Assembly (NCBI GenBank): GCA_965206975.1
Contig: OZ242253.1
Coordinates: forward strand, 692,306 to 756,305
DNA: 64,000 nucleotides
From: Longimicrobiales bacterium
GTDB lineage: Bacteria; Gemmatimonadota; Gemmatimonadetes; Longimicrobiales; Gaopeijiaceae
Reading direction: 5' to 3'
Of the stretch, positions 63,730-64,000 are shown one piece after another. Every line of letters begins with the position of its first letter. Position 1 is the first letter of the stretch. The position numbers and the translations under genes were made by a program. A model generated the notes under the pieces. It had not been told where the DNA came from and ran no database searches. It was given only the letters and a program-made list of their open reading frames with translations.

Positions 63730-64000
63730 ATGCCGACACGGTGTAAGCCGCATTCCTTCGTATTTCAAGGGTGCCAGCGCCGCCGGGTGACCGCCGCGTT
63801 CGATGGCGGATCGATTACGTCGAACGTCGGAGCGCTACTGCTCCGGGAGATCGACCGCTTCGTCGGGCTCTTCGACCGGGTGCTTCACCGACCACCGCGA
63901 CCCGCGCCTGACGAAACACTCGGTGCGGACGCTGGTGGCGCAACGCATCACGGGCATTGCCTTGGGATACGAGGACCTCAACGACCCTGACGAACTGCGG
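63730..64000 (+). mobile_element. IS1380-family transposase gene, 5' part only, with a frame break near 63877-63883; the element continues past the window end
   Basis: MPTRCKPHSFVFQGCQRRRVTAAFDGGSITSNVGALLLREIDRFVGLFDR. In the +1 frame it continues CFTDHRDPRLTKHSVRTLVAQRITGIALGYEDLNDPDELR, which is the canonical IS1380 N-terminal pattern. An AT-rich segment at 63675-63710 is probably the left end. Confidence 0.75.

Overview
GC-rich bacterial chromosomal segment (roughly two-thirds G+C by eye, not computed). The gene content (SusC/SusD-like pair, BatABC, DUF4159, DUF5916) suggests Gemmatimonadota or a related lineage; this is inference only.

Conserved core, all on the minus strand:
- tRNA-Thr(UGU), tRNA-Tyr, tRNA-Gly, tRNA-Thr(GGU), then tuf-rpmG-secE-nusG-rplK-rplA-rplJ-rplL-rpoB-rpoC.
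- Upstream of it, a tightly packed run: L,D-transpeptidase, smpB, amidase, pyrD, pyrF, cysS.

Rest of the window:
- Housekeeping and catabolic genes: pyk, rnd, DksA-like, yggX, rocD, lactate permease, putA, copper amine oxidase.
- Envelope and secreted proteins: SusC/SusD-like pair, TorF-like porin, BatA/B/C, DUF4159, a TolB-like and an NHL-like beta-propeller, an FKBP isomerase, an S1 protease.
- A two-gene operon encoding a cytochrome c fused to a PHM/DBH-like copper monooxygenase fold.
- An accessory 3' end: an IS256-family element, tRNA-Ala, three small envelope genes and a partial IS1380-family element.

No CRISPR array, rRNA or recognisable defence or phage module was found.

The most conspicuous property is the number of broken reading frames, about eight sites:
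- frameshifts in the SusC-like gene, pyrF, the NHL lipoprotein, the S1 protease and the IS1380 transposase, plus a tentative one in a small membrane protein gene;
- an in-frame TAG, also in the NHL lipoprotein;
- a frameshifted, truncated MBL-hydrolase remnant;
- a 14-bp tandem duplication in the IS256 transposase.
Either the consensus carries indel errors or real gene decay is under way.

Other items worth a second look:
- a roughly 560-nt structured ORF desert upstream of the ldt-smpB polycistron;
- a roughly 136-aa insertion in rpoB;
- a C12 homopolymer in the amidase signal peptide;
- a degenerate orphan LeuD-like gene at the end of the Bat cluster.

I did not find a clear-cut novel multi-gene system. 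The cytochrome c / Cu-monooxygenase-like operon and the unexplained noncoding region are the best candidates.
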